DNA from: Elusimicrobia bacterium GWB2_63_16
Lineage (GTDB): Bacteria; Elusimicrobiota; Elusimicrobia; Elusimicrobiales; UBA9959
NCBI GenBank assembly: GCA_001799715.1
Contig: MGTZ01000020.1
Location: 11,115-75,114 of the forward strand
Reading direction: 5' to 3'
DNA: 64,000 bases
The notes under the pieces were generated by a model. It saw nothing but the letters and a program-made list of their open reading frames with translations. It had not been told where the DNA came from and did not search any database. Shown in pieces: positions 19,125 to 28,203 of the stretch. Position 1 is the first letter of the stretch; each line of letters opens with the position of its first letter. The position numbers and the translations under genes are program-made.

Positions 19125-20331
19125 GGCGGGGCGCCAGCAGATCCGCCCATAGCGCGGCGGTTTTCGAAAGTTCGAAATCCGCCGCTCTTCTTTTGCCCGC
19201 GGCGGCGTAGACCCTGAGCGCGGCGGGCGCGCGGAGCAGCTCTCCCAGCTCGGCCGCCCAGGCTTGTTCGGCAGCTTCGAGCGGGGCGGAGGGGCCGCGG
19301 CGGGCGCCGGAAAGGGGCGGCATCAGTATGCCGTACTCGGCCCGCTCCGGCGCCGCGGCGCGGCCTGCCGGCAGCGAGGCTGGCGCCAGCAACTCGCGGG
19401 GGCCGGAATCGCAGTCGGCGGAGATAACGGGCGCCCCGGAGGCCATGGCCTCCAGCAGGGCGTTGGGGAAACCTTCCCAGAGAGAAGTGAAAGCGAAGAG
19501 CCGGGACCGGGAGACGAACATATGCGGGTTCGGCCGGTAGCCGGCGAAATAGACGTCGGCGTCGGGCGGGGGAGCGCCGGGGCCGGCGAAAGCGCGCAGC
19601 CCCAGGCCGCGGCACAGGTCCAGCAGGTATTTCTCCAGCTCGCCCTCGCCCAGGAAGACCAGCGCCGCGCCGGGCAGGTCCTTGGAAAGTTCGCGGAATA
19701 TCCTCAGCAGATGCCAGTGGCCTTTGGCCGCCGTAAGCCTGCCGCCGGTAACAATAGACGGCCGCTCAAAGACCCGGGCCCACTCCGGCGGCAGCGGGGC
19801 CGCGGCCAGGCGGGCTATGCCGGCCGTATCGCAGCCGTTGGGGACCAGCGCCAGCTTCTCTTCCGGCACGGAAAAATTCTCAAGCAGGTCGCGCCTGACG
19901 CCCAGCGAATTGGCTGCCACCAGCGCGGCGCGCGGGTAGTAGCGGCGTATCAGGGGCCGCATCAGCGCGCCGCGCAGTCCCGAGAATTCTCCCGAGGGGC
20001 TGGTGCGCTCGCAGATCACGGCCCGGTGCCCGCTGCGGGCGGCGGCCACCACGTTGACTATGTTGGCTCGCTCCATGAACGAGAGCACGGTGTCGCCGGG
20101 GCCGGTCTGGGCGGCCAGGCGGCGCGCGTAGAGGGGGATGCAGGCGGTCTTGAGCAGGGAGGAGGTGGCGGCCCTGTGGTCCGACAGTATGAGCGGCCGC
20201 CGCGGCAGCGGCAGCGCTACTTCGTCCTCCAGGAGGATGATGTCGTCGTGCGGGAGCAGGGCCGACAGGGCGGCGAACTGCTTTTCGGCGCCGCCGCGGA
20301 ACAGCGAATTTATCAGGAGCTTCAGGCCCAT
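19114..20331 (-). CDS. Glycosyltransferase family 4 (PglJ-like)
   Basis: GGAEK, GRLTAAKG, EGFPNALLEAMASGAPVISADCDSGPRE. Confidence 0.88.
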   Translation of the reverse strand: MGLKLLINSLFRGGAEKQFAALSALLPHDDIILLEDEVALPLPRRPLILSDHRAATSSLLKTACIPLYARRLAAQTGPGDTVLSFMERANIVNVVAAARSGHRAVICERTSPSGEFSGLRGALMRPLIRRYYPRAALVAANSLGVRRDLLENFSVPEEKLALVPNGCDTAGIARLAAAPLPPEWARVFERPSIVTGGRLTAAKGHWHLLRIFRELSKDLPGAALVFLGEGELEKYLLDLCRGLGLRAFAGPGAPPPDADVYFAGYRPNPHMFVSRSRLFAFTSLWEGFPNALLEAMASGAPVISADCDSGPRELLAPASLPAGRAAAPERAEYGILMPPLSGARRGPSAPLEAAEQAWAAELGELLRAPAALRVYAAAGKRRAADFELSKTAALWADLLAPRPTT

Positions 20332-20343
20332 AAGCCAATTCTA
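20332..20343 (-). promoter_or_regulatory. -10 box, probable leaderless mRNA
   Basis: Minus strand TAGAAT-tggctt-ATG; no SD. Confidence 0.5.
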
Positions 20344-20415
20344 GAATATTTCGCGGCGGGCCGTTGCGGCCTGGGCGGGTTTTGTGTAGAATAGTCCCGT
20401 AAAGGGGGACAGAAA

Positions 20416-21345
20416 ATGTCTTATTTATCGCTATTGCTGCTTTTCTGCGGTACGGCCTCCGCTCAGCCGCCGCTGACGCTTTTCGGCCACAGCGCGGCCG
20501 TGGAGGCCGTGGCTTTTTCGCCGGACGGGAAATACCTGGCTTCCGCCGGCCTGGACGCGGGCGTGGCCCTCTGGGTGGTGAAGACCGGCAAGGTCAAGAA
20601 GGTGATGGGCGGCCACCGGGAGGCCGTCTGGACGCTGGCCTTCTCGCCGGACGGGGATTACCTGGCTTCCTCCGACAGCAAGACCATCGAGGTCTGGGCC
20701 GTGCCCTCCGGCAAGAGCTTTAAGAGCATAACGCCTCATACGCACGCCGTGCTGGGCGTGCGCTTCTCTCCCGGCGGCGAGTACGTCGGCGCGGCCGGCT
20801 ACGGCGGCATAGGGCTGTGGACCTTCCCGGAAGGCGAGAAATACAAGGTGATGAACGGGCCGGTAGAAACAGCCAACTCCCTGGATTTCTTTCCCGCCGT
20901 CAGCTACCTGGTCTCCGGCAACAGCAACGGCTCCGTGACGGTCTGGAACATGAACGACGGCAAGATCACCAGGACCATAGAGGCCCACGCCGAGGCGGTC
21001 CGGGCGGTGGCCATCTCCCCGGACGGAAAACATGCCGTTTCGGCCGGCCTGGACGGCCTGGTGAAGGTCTGGCGGCTCTCCGACGGGGCGATGGTGAACT
21101 CTTTCGCGGCCCATCCCGGCGGGGCCAGGGCGGTGGCCGTTTCCCCGGACGGCAGGCGCATAGCCAGCGGCGGCATGGACGGCCTGGTCCGGGTCTGGAA
21201 TTTCGCGGGCGCACAGAAGAAGCCGGCGATGGAGCTCAAGGATCACGACGGCAGCGTGGAGGCGGTGGCCTTCTCTCCCGACGGCCGTACTCTGGCCTCC
21301 GCCTCCAAGGACAAGACCGTGAAACTCTGGAAGCTTAAAAAATAA
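20416..21345 (+). CDS. Secreted WD40-repeat beta-propeller protein
   Basis: Signal peptide; seven GH..AV..VAFSPDG..LASA..D..V..W repeats. Confidence 0.9.
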   Translation: MSYLSLLLLFCGTASAQPPLTLFGHSAAVEAVAFSPDGKYLASAGLDAGVALWVVKTGKVKKVMGGHREAVWTLAFSPDGDYLASSDSKTIEVWAVPSGKSFKSITPHTHAVLGVRFSPGGEYVGAAGYGGIGLWTFPEGEKYKVMNGPVETANSLDFFPAVSYLVSGNSNGSVTVWNMNDGKITRTIEAHAEAVRAVAISPDGKHAVSAGLDGLVKVWRLSDGAMVNSFAAHPGGARAVAVSPDGRRIASGGMDGLVRVWNFAGAQKKPAMELKDHDGSVEAVAFSPDGRTLASASKDKTVKLWKLKK

Positions 21346-21361
21346 GGGCGTCCGGCCAAAG

Positions 21362-21392
21362 AAAAAGGGCGGACGCTGGTCCGCCCTTTTTT
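21362..21392. terminator. Bidirectional intrinsic terminator
   Basis: AAAAAGGGCGGAC-gctg-GTCCGCCCTTTTTT between convergent genes. Confidence 0.85.
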
Positions 21393-21406
21393 ATGCCCGG
21401 CCGGGG

Positions 21407-22651
21407 TTAGAGCAGCAGCCCGGCGACGGTAGCCGACAGGAAGCCGGCCAGCGAGCTGGCCAGCAGGGCGTAGAGGCCGAGCTTGGCGAGGTCATGGCGC
21501 CGCTCGGGAGCCATCGCGCCGATGCCGCCAATCTGTATGGCGATGGACAGGATGTTCGCGAAGCCGCAGAGGGCGTAGGAGGCCATGGCTACCGAGCGTT
21601 CGCTCATCACGCCGGGGTTGGCGTTAAGGTAGGTGGCCATGTTCAGGTAGGCCACGAACTCGTTGAGGATGGTCTTCTGGCCCATCCAGCTGGCCACCTG
21701 CTGCACCTCGTTGGAAGGCACGCCCATCACCCAGGCCAGCGGGGTAAAGATCCAGCCGAATACCTTCTCGAAAGTCAGGCCTTCGACGCCGGCGAAGCCC
21801 GCGCCGTAGCCGAGCATGAAGTTGGCCATGGCCAGGATGGCCATGAAGGCCACCAGGCAGGCGGTCACGTTGATGGCCAGCTGCATGCCTACGGTGGAAC
21901 CGTTGGCCGCGGCGTCGATCACGTTTGCGTCGGTGATCTCGAGCTGCATCTTGACGACGCCCTTGGTCTCGGATTCCTCGGTCTCCGGCACTATGATCTT
22001 GGCCATGACCAGGCCCGCGGGGGCCGCCATGATGGAGGCCGCGAGCAGGTGGCCGGCGATGTCCGGCACCGCGTCCTTCAGCAGGCCGACGTAGGCGGCC
22101 ATGATGCCGCCCGAGAGCGTGGCCATGCCGCCGGTCATGATGGCCATGAGCTCCGACTGCGTCATGCTGGCCACGTAGGGCCGCACCACGAGCGGGGCTT
22201 CGGTCTGGCCCACGAAGACGTTGGCGCTGGCGGAGAGGGATTCGGAGCCGGAGGTGCCCATGACCTTGGCCATGACCTTGGCGAAGACCAGCACGACTTT
22301 CTGCATGATGCCGAGGTAGTACAGCACGGACATGAGGGCGGAGACGAAGATGATGGTGGGCAGCACGCGCACCGCGAAGATGAAGCCCATCGCGGGGTTG
22401 CTGACCAGCGAGCCGAAGACGAATTCTGCGCCCTTGTCGGAGAACGAGAGCAGCTTGACGATGACGTCGTTCATCGTGGCGAAGAAGTACCGGCCTATGG
22501 GCAGCTTCAGGACGATGACGGCGAAAGTGATCTGCAGCAGCAGGCCGGCGGCGACGGTCTTATAGTTGATCGCCTTTTTATTCTTGCTGGCGAGCCAGGC
22601 TATGCCCAGCAGGACGAATACTCCGAAAAAACCGATGATCTTCGGTGACAT
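21407..22651 (-). CDS. nupC: Concentrative nucleoside transporter (CNT/NupC family)
   Basis: VLPTIIFVSAL, ESLSASANVFVGQTEAPL, NEFVAY, YALCGFAN, IQIGG. Confidence 0.92.
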   Translation of the reverse strand: MSPKIIGFFGVFVLLGIAWLASKNKKAINYKTVAAGLLLQITFAVIVLKLPIGRYFFATMNDVIVKLLSFSDKGAEFVFGSLVSNPAMGFIFAVRVLPTIIFVSALMSVLYYLGIMQKVVLVFAKVMAKVMGTSGSESLSASANVFVGQTEAPLVVRPYVASMTQSELMAIMTGGMATLSGGIMAAYVGLLKDAVPDIAGHLLAASIMAAPAGLVMAKIIVPETEESETKGVVKMQLEITDANVIDAAANGSTVGMQLAINVTACLVAFMAILAMANFMLGYGAGFAGVEGLTFEKVFGWIFTPLAWVMGVPSNEVQQVASWMGQKTILNEFVAYLNMATYLNANPGVMSERSVAMASYALCGFANILSIAIQIGGIGAMAPERRHDLAKLGLYALLASSLAGFLSATVAGLLL

Positions 22652-22705
22652 GCGCTCTCCTTTGGTAAACCGCTGTTGCGTCGCTTAATTATACAAATAA
22701 ATAAA

Positions 22706-23221
22706 TTAGTAGGCCCCGCGCACCTTGCCGTTGACGGCGGAGAGGGGGAGGAAATGCAGCGGCTCGCCGGTGGAAGGGTCCTTCCAGGAGGCCGAGTCGT
22801 AGGAATTGTCGCGGTTGTCGCCCAGTACGAAGAAGTGGCCCTCCGGCACGGTAAGCGGCCCCAGGGTGTCGCCTACCAGCCTCTCGTCCGGGCGCGCGTA
22901 GTAGGCGTAACTCTCGTAGAGCGGCTCGCCGTTGAGATAGACCTTTTTCTCCCTGAGCTCCACCATGTCGCCGCCCACGGCGATCACCCGCTTGACCATG
23001 CCGTAATCCTGCCCTTCGGGCGACTTGAACGAGATCACTTCGCCGCGGCGCGGGGCGCGGAAGCGGTAGGTGACGCGGTCGAGTATCAGGCGGTGGCCTT
23101 TGCGCATCGTGGGGGCCATCGAGTCGCTGGCCACGTAGATGGGCGCGGCCACCCACTGGCGCACGGCCAGGCCGGCGGCCAGCGTTACCAGGGAGATGAC
23201 GAGCAGGCGGCGTAGGTTCAT
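22706..23221 (-). CDS. lepB: Signal peptidase I
   Basis: SDSMAPT (Ser), VKRVIA (Lys), FVLGDNRDNSYDS. Confidence 0.9.
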   Translation of the reverse strand: MNLRRLLVISLVTLAAGLAVRQWVAAPIYVASDSMAPTMRKGHRLILDRVTYRFRAPRRGEVISFKSPEGQDYGMVKRVIAVGGDMVELREKKVYLNGEPLYESYAYYARPDERLVGDTLGPLTVPEGHFFVLGDNRDNSYDSASWKDPSTGEPLHFLPLSAVNGKVRGAY

Positions 23222-23222
23222 A

Positions 23223-24857
23223 TTATTGAGGCAGCACCACCGGCAGGCGGCCGGACGGGACCAGGCTGCCGGTGAGTATCTCCCCCGCGGCCGCCATGGA
23301 GGGGGCGGTCATGCCGTAGAGGGCGATGGCGCCCGGCGCGCCGGGATAGGAGGCCAGGTCGTAGGGGTTCATCAGGCTCAGCAGCACCGCCGGCTTGCCG
23401 GAGTTGATCAGCACGTTGATGGCGTCGCGCTGGCTGGCGTTCTGCGCCCCGGCCCACTGGAAACTGCCCAGCACCAGGATGTCCGCCTCGGCGGCCGCGC
23501 GGGTTATCGTCCGCAGTTCTCCCTCTTTAAGGCCTATGCCGAAGAAATACTGGCTGGTCTCGTAGCCGGCCTCGAGCAGCGTGCGGTAGAGGTGTATAGA
23601 GTTTTCGGCGAAGCGCTGCGGCGAGAAGATGATGACCGCGACCTTCTTGCCTTTGGGCAGGGGCACCAGGCCGCCGGACCTGACCAGGGTCACGGCCCGC
23701 CGCGAAAGTTCGCCGGTCACGCCGAGGTAGGCCTTGTCGAAGGGGGAGGGTGTTTCGGCCGCTTCGAACAGGCCGGCCGCGCGCTTTGCGGCCAGCACCT
23801 TGTGGTAGGCGTCGTTCAGGCGGGTCTCGTTGATCTCTCCCGAGCGCACCTGCCTGGCTATCTCGCGCACGGCCGCGCGGGGATCGCCGCGGCCGATGAG
23901 CAGCAGGTCCGCGCCGGCTTTGAGCGCGGCGGCCGCGGCCTTGCGCACCGGCAGGCGCAGGGTGATGGCGCGCATGTCCAGGCTGTCGGTGACTACCAGC
24001 CCGGCGTAACCGAGGTCCTTCTTGAGCAGGCCGGCCAGCACCGCGCGCGAGAGGGTGGCCGGCGCGGAGTCCAGCGCCGGGTAGCGGATGTGGGCGGTCA
24101 TGATGGCCGGCACGCCCAGGGCGATGGCCGCCTTGAAGGGGACCAAATGCGCCGTGTGCAGTTCGGCCGTAGAGATGGAGATCTCGGGCAGGGTCTTGTG
24201 CGAGTCTTTCTCTGCCGCGCCGTGCCCCGGGAAATGCTTAGCCACGGCTATCACGCCCGCGGCCTTGAGGCCGTTGATGATGGCGCCGCCCAGCCGCGAG
24301 GCCGCCGCCGGGTCTGAACCCAGCGAGCGGATGCCGATGATGGGGTTCTTCGGGTTGGTGTTGATGTCCAGCACCGGGCCGAAGGCCATGTTGATGCCGG
24401 CGCGGCGCAGTTCCTTGCCGGCCAGGTAGAACAGGGAGGCGGTGCCGTTCTCGTCGTCGGCGGCCCCGAGCATCATGTTGGTGGGGAGTTCCAGCAGGCC
24501 CAGCGTGGTGGGCACGTACACGCTGCCGCCCTCGTAGTCCACGGCTATGAACAGCGGCGTGGCGAGCGGGGAGCGCGCCGCGGCGGCCTGCAGCGTCTCG
24601 CTGAGCTTGCGGGTCTCCTCCAGGGAGTAGGAGCCCCACTGCAGCTGTATGCCGCCCACGCCGGAGGCCGCGGCCGCGGAGGCCACGGCGATGTCGGAGG
24701 CCTCGGTGGAGACTATCAGCAGCTGCGCCGCCTTCTGCTCTATCGTCGGCTCGGCGGCCAGGGTTGCCGGCAGCAGCAGCGCTCCCGCCAGGGCGCTTGC
24801 GAGGCGGCCCGGCCCGCGGGCGCGCCCGGCTGCGTCTGCGGCGGAGCGGGGCGTCAC
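23223..24857 (-). CDS. nagZ: GH3 beta-N-acetylhexosaminidase, secreted two-domain type
   Basis: AVDYEGG, PVLDIN, RSLG, KHFPGHG...DSH, MTAH, VTDSLDM; start codon uncertain. Confidence 0.85.
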   Translation of the reverse strand: MTPRSAADAAGRARGPGRLASALAGALLLPATLAAEPTIEQKAAQLLIVSTEASDIAVASAAAASGVGGIQLQWGSYSLEETRKLSETLQAAAARSPLATPLFIAVDYEGGSVYVPTTLGLLELPTNMMLGAADDENGTASLFYLAGKELRRAGINMAFGPVLDINTNPKNPIIGIRSLGSDPAAASRLGGAIINGLKAAGVIAVAKHFPGHGAAEKDSHKTLPEISISTAELHTAHLVPFKAAIALGVPAIMTAHIRYPALDSAPATLSRAVLAGLLKKDLGYAGLVVTDSLDMRAITLRLPVRKAAAAALKAGADLLLIGRGDPRAAVREIARQVRSGEINETRLNDAYHKVLAAKRAAGLFEAAETPSPFDKAYLGVTGELSRRAVTLVRSGGLVPLPKGKKVAVIIFSPQRFAENSIHLYRTLLEAGYETSQYFFGIGLKEGELRTITRAAAEADILVLGSFQWAGAQNASQRDAINVLINSGKPAVLLSLMNPYDLASYPGAPGAIALYGMTAPSMAAAGEILTGSLVPSGRLPVVLPQ

Positions 24858-26452
24858 TTGTCGAACTTGTAGCCGCGCGTCACGGCCTGCCTGCGTATGG
24901 AATCGATCATGGCCTTGTCCAGCGTGGAGGCGCCGGCGGCCTTCTTTTCCTCGGCCGCGATATGGGCCTTGCGCTGCGTCTGCAGGCGGGCTATCTCGGC
25001 CTGCAGCTTGCGGCGCTCGGCCAGCTTCTGGTCCAGATATTTTTCGCGCTCGGCCTTGCTCATCTTCTGCAGTTCTTCGGGCAGGCTCTCGGTCTTGAGC
25101 TGGTCCTTTTTCATTTTACCGCTCTCCAGCGCCGAGACGGCGTCCCAGGAGGAGTCGGCCTCGGCCACGGCCGGGGCCGCGTTGGACTGGTAGGCCGCGC
25201 GCTCGGCGGCCACGGAGGCGCCGGCGCCCATCACCTTTGAGAACACGCTGCGCTTCTCTTCCATCTTGTTCCTGCCGGAGGCGCCGTAGGCCACGTAGGT
25301 GTCGTTGAGCTGGCTGCTGAGCTGCGCTATCCGGTCGTCCTGCGGGGCGGTTACGGCGTAGTCGGCCGCGCCCTGGTCTATATTGGTGAAATCGCCCTCG
25401 GCCAGGTCGGCCCCGGACTTCCACTGCGTGGCTATGCCCTGCTGGCGGGGCCCGCAGAAAATGGTGTTGACGAAGATGTTCTTGGCCTTGGCCTTGGCCA
25501 CCGCGTCCTGGAACGGCACGGCGCCCTGCGTGAACGGCTCGTTGCCGGCTATGAAAATGACTTTATAGACGTCGGACTTGGGGCTCCACTTGAGCTCCTC
25601 CACGGCGGTCTTTATGGCCAGGCCGCAGTACTCGTCCCCGCCGTTGGTGGTGAGGGCGAACAGCTCCTTGGCCACGGCGTCGAGGTCGGTGGTGAAAGGC
25701 ATGACCTGCCGCAGCCAGCCTTTTTCAGCGCCCAGGCCGGAGTTGCCGTACTCGTAGAGGGCCACCTCGATGCGGGGCCTGGACCCGCTCTTCTCGGCGG
25801 TGACCAGCTCGTTGACGATCTTCCAGAGCTGGGTGCGGGCCTGGTTGATCAGGCCGTCCATGGAACCGGAGGTGTCCAGCAGTACCGCCACCTGCACCAG
25901 CGGCTTGGAGCCGAAGTCCTGCGGCGGTTTTACGGTAACCGCGGCGGAGTCCTTCCAGGTGCGGCGCACGGCCAGCGAGGCCGCGGCCAGGATCTTGCCG
26001 GTCTCGGTCTCCACCGCTCGGGCGTTGACCTCGGTCTCACCGTCGGAGAGGTCGTTGAGCGTACCTGTTACCACGGCGTCCGCCCCGAGCTGCTTACCCA
26101 GCTTGCGGGCGGTCTCCTCGTCGATGGCGCCGGAGGCCTGCAGGTTGAGCTCCTCCATCACTTTCTTGAGCAGGCCGCGCTCGACCAGGACTATCTTCTT
26201 CTTCTGGGCCAGCAGGGTGGTGAGGCGCTCCTGTATGATGACCGGCCCGTCGGAGGCCTTTTCGCTGGTGTAGGGGAAAGCCAGGACGGCCAGCTTGAGG
26301 CCGGGCCGGCTCTTAAGGCCTTTGGCCAGGCTGTCGGCGAGGTCCGAAAGTTCGCGGGTGGCGGGCGCCTGCGTTTTGGCCGGGGCCGCGGAGACTGCCG
26401 GAGACGGCGCGGCCAGGCCGAAGATGATGGAGAACGCGAGGATCTTGCTCAT
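24854..26452 (-). CDS. Secreted FlgO/CsgG-like domain + VWA-domain protein
   Basis: N-terminal LAVLAF..LVERG.L..V.EEL..LG..LGADAVVTG..NARAV..ETGKIL; MIDAS LDTSGSM, TNGGDE, IAGNE. Confidence 0.8.
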   Translation of the reverse strand: MSKILAFSIIFGLAAPSPAVSAAPAKTQAPATRELSDLADSLAKGLKSRPGLKLAVLAFPYTSEKASDGPVIIQERLTTLLAQKKKIVLVERGLLKKVMEELNLQASGAIDEETARKLGKQLGADAVVTGTLNDLSDGETEVNARAVETETGKILAAASLAVRRTWKDSAAVTVKPPQDFGSKPLVQVAVLLDTSGSMDGLINQARTQLWKIVNELVTAEKSGSRPRIEVALYEYGNSGLGAEKGWLRQVMPFTTDLDAVAKELFALTTNGGDEYCGLAIKTAVEELKWSPKSDVYKVIFIAGNEPFTQGAVPFQDAVAKAKAKNIFVNTIFCGPRQQGIATQWKSGADLAEGDFTNIDQGAADYAVTAPQDDRIAQLSSQLNDTYVAYGASGRNKMEEKRSVFSKVMGAGASVAAERAAYQSNAAPAVAEADSSWDAVSALESGKMKKDQLKTESLPEELQKMSKAEREKYLDQKLAERRKLQAEIARLQTQRKAHIAAEEKKAAGASTLDKAMIDSIRRQAVTRGYKFDK

Positions 26453-26597
26453 ATCTGTTACCCCTTTGGCTTTGCCGGGAACGGCCGGCTTTATGGAATT
26501 TAGAATACAAAATATCCTGCCCGGTTATACAGCGGGCTGCGGTATTGAACGCGCGCCGCTAAAAAAGGTATTTTCATTGTATGAGCAGGGGGAGACC

Positions 26598-27611
26598 ATG
26601 ACCAATACTTCGCTGAGAACCGCGGCCCTGGCCGCCGCGCTGGCCCTCGCCGGCTGCGGCAAGAGCGGCCAGGACGCTTACCGGCAGACTTCGGCCATCA
26701 TGAACGTGCCGGCCCAGGTGATAGTCTACGGCGCCGACGAGGCCGCCGGCAAGGCCATAGCCGACGCCGTGCTGGGGGAGTGGAACCGCATCTCCGGCGA
26801 GTTCAGCTTCAGCGACCCCTACAGCGTGACCTCGCTGGTCAACAGGAAGGCTTACGGCGAGTGGGTGAAGGTGGACGCCGAGTTCATGGGACTGCTGCGG
26901 CTGGCGCTGGACTATTACCGCCTGACGGACGGCGCCTTCGACATCACCTTCGCCCCGCTGTGGCCCATCTGGAAAGAGGCCGCCTCCACCAAGAAGATGC
27001 CGGCCAAAGAGGACATAGAGCGAGCGCTGGCCACCATGGGGTCCAATAACATACAGGTGGACCCGGCGCGCCTGATGGTGCGCTTCTCCAGGCCGGTGCA
27101 GATCAACCTGGGCGGCATATTGCGCGGCTACTGCTTCGTGCGGGCCGCCGAGCTGCTCAGGCAGATGGCCCCGCCGTACCCGGTGGAACTGCGCCTGGGC
27201 AGCAACATGCTCGCCTACGGCCGGCGGGACTGGGAATATTCCGTCACCGACCCCTTTAACGATGACAAATCCTTCGGCTCTTTCTCCTTCGGCGACGGCG
27301 TGCTGATGTCCTCGTCGGGTCGGGAGCATTTCGTACAGATAGAGGGCAAGCTGTACTCCCACATGCTGGACCTCAAGACCGGCTACCCGCTGGAGGATTT
27401 CTCCAGCCTCGTCGTCTATTTTCCCAAGCTGGAGAGCGAGAGCTTCCTGGCCTCGGCCGTGCTGGCCGTGATGGGCAAGGAAAAGGCTCTGGGCATAATC
27501 GGCAAGATGAAGGGCACGGCGGCGGTCTGGATAGACGGCTCCGGCAAGGAGACCGTGCTGGTCAACGAAGGCAGCGGGGCGAAATGGAGCAAGGCGCGGC
27601 GTCTCTTCTAG
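26598..27611 (+). CDS. apbE: ApbE-like FAD:protein FMN transferase family lipoprotein (divergent)
   Basis: Lipobox LAGC; LTDGAFDITFAPL..W, NLGGILRGY, YSHMLDLKTGYP; ATG 26598 after GGAG. Confidence 0.75.
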   Translation: MTNTSLRTAALAAALALAGCGKSGQDAYRQTSAIMNVPAQVIVYGADEAAGKAIADAVLGEWNRISGEFSFSDPYSVTSLVNRKAYGEWVKVDAEFMGLLRLALDYYRLTDGAFDITFAPLWPIWKEAASTKKMPAKEDIERALATMGSNNIQVDPARLMVRFSRPVQINLGGILRGYCFVRAAELLRQMAPPYPVELRLGSNMLAYGRRDWEYSVTDPFNDDKSFGSFSFGDGVLMSSSGREHFVQIEGKLYSHMLDLKTGYPLEDFSSLVVYFPKLESESFLASAVLAVMGKEKALGIIGKMKGTAAVWIDGSGKETVLVNEGSGAKWSKARRLF

Positions 27612-27625
27612 GCTTTCGTGGCGTG

Positions 27626-27655
27626 AAAAAACCCCGGGACCTCCCGGGGTTTTTT
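27626..27655. terminator. Bidirectional intrinsic terminator
   Basis: AAAAAACCCCGGGA-cc-TCCCGGGGTTTTTT. Confidence 0.85.
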
Positions 27656-27671
27656 CTTTTGCGGGCCGCGG

Positions 27672-28160
27672 CTACTTCACTTCCTCGAACTCGCCCTTGG
27701 GCTTGTTCTTGCGCACGTTGTTCCAGTTGAAATACCTGCCGTTCATGGCGATGTAGACCCCCGGGGGGAGCACCTGCGCGAAGGACAGGGCCGAGCCCAG
27801 GTTGAACATCCCGTCGGAAGAGCCGAACTTGTAGGGGATCATCGCCCCGGTGAGCACCACGGTCTTGTCCGTGATGCGCCGGCCCAGCAGGGCCGCCGTC
27901 TCCGGCATGGTGTCGGTGCCGTGCGTGATGACGATATGCTTCTCCCTGGCGGCCAGGCACTCCTTAAGGATCCTGGCGCGGTGGGCGGCCGTCATGAAGA
28001 GGCTGTCTATCATCATCAGCGTCTTCACCTTCACGGGCACGCGAGAGCGGCCCAGCGCCAGCATTTCGTGCAGGTGGGACTTGCGGAAGAAGAGCTCGCC
28101 GTTGAGCTCGTTGTACTCCTTGTCGAAGGTGCCGCCGGTGATCAGTAGTTTGATGAGCAT
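27672..28160 (-). CDS. Short asparaginase-domain protein
   Basis: ITGGTFDK, MIDS, ITHGTDTM, LTGAM; N-terminal asparaginase domain only. Confidence 0.88.
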   Translation of the reverse strand: MLIKLLITGGTFDKEYNELNGELFFRKSHLHEMLALGRSRVPVKVKTLMMIDSLFMTAAHRARILKECLAAREKHIVITHGTDTMPETAALLGRRITDKTVVLTGAMIPYKFGSSDGMFNLGSALSFAQVLPPGVYIAMNGRYFNWNNVRKNKPKGEFEEVK

Positions 28161-28203
28161 AAATCAGCCGGGGAGCGCCGCGGGGCGCTCCCCGTACCCG
28201 GGG

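Noticed and set aside
20416-21345. WD40 protein as eukaryotic transfer or NLR-type defence gene
   Set aside because: Host-like codon usage, common bacterial FSPDG-type repeats, no NTPase/TIR/caspase domain.
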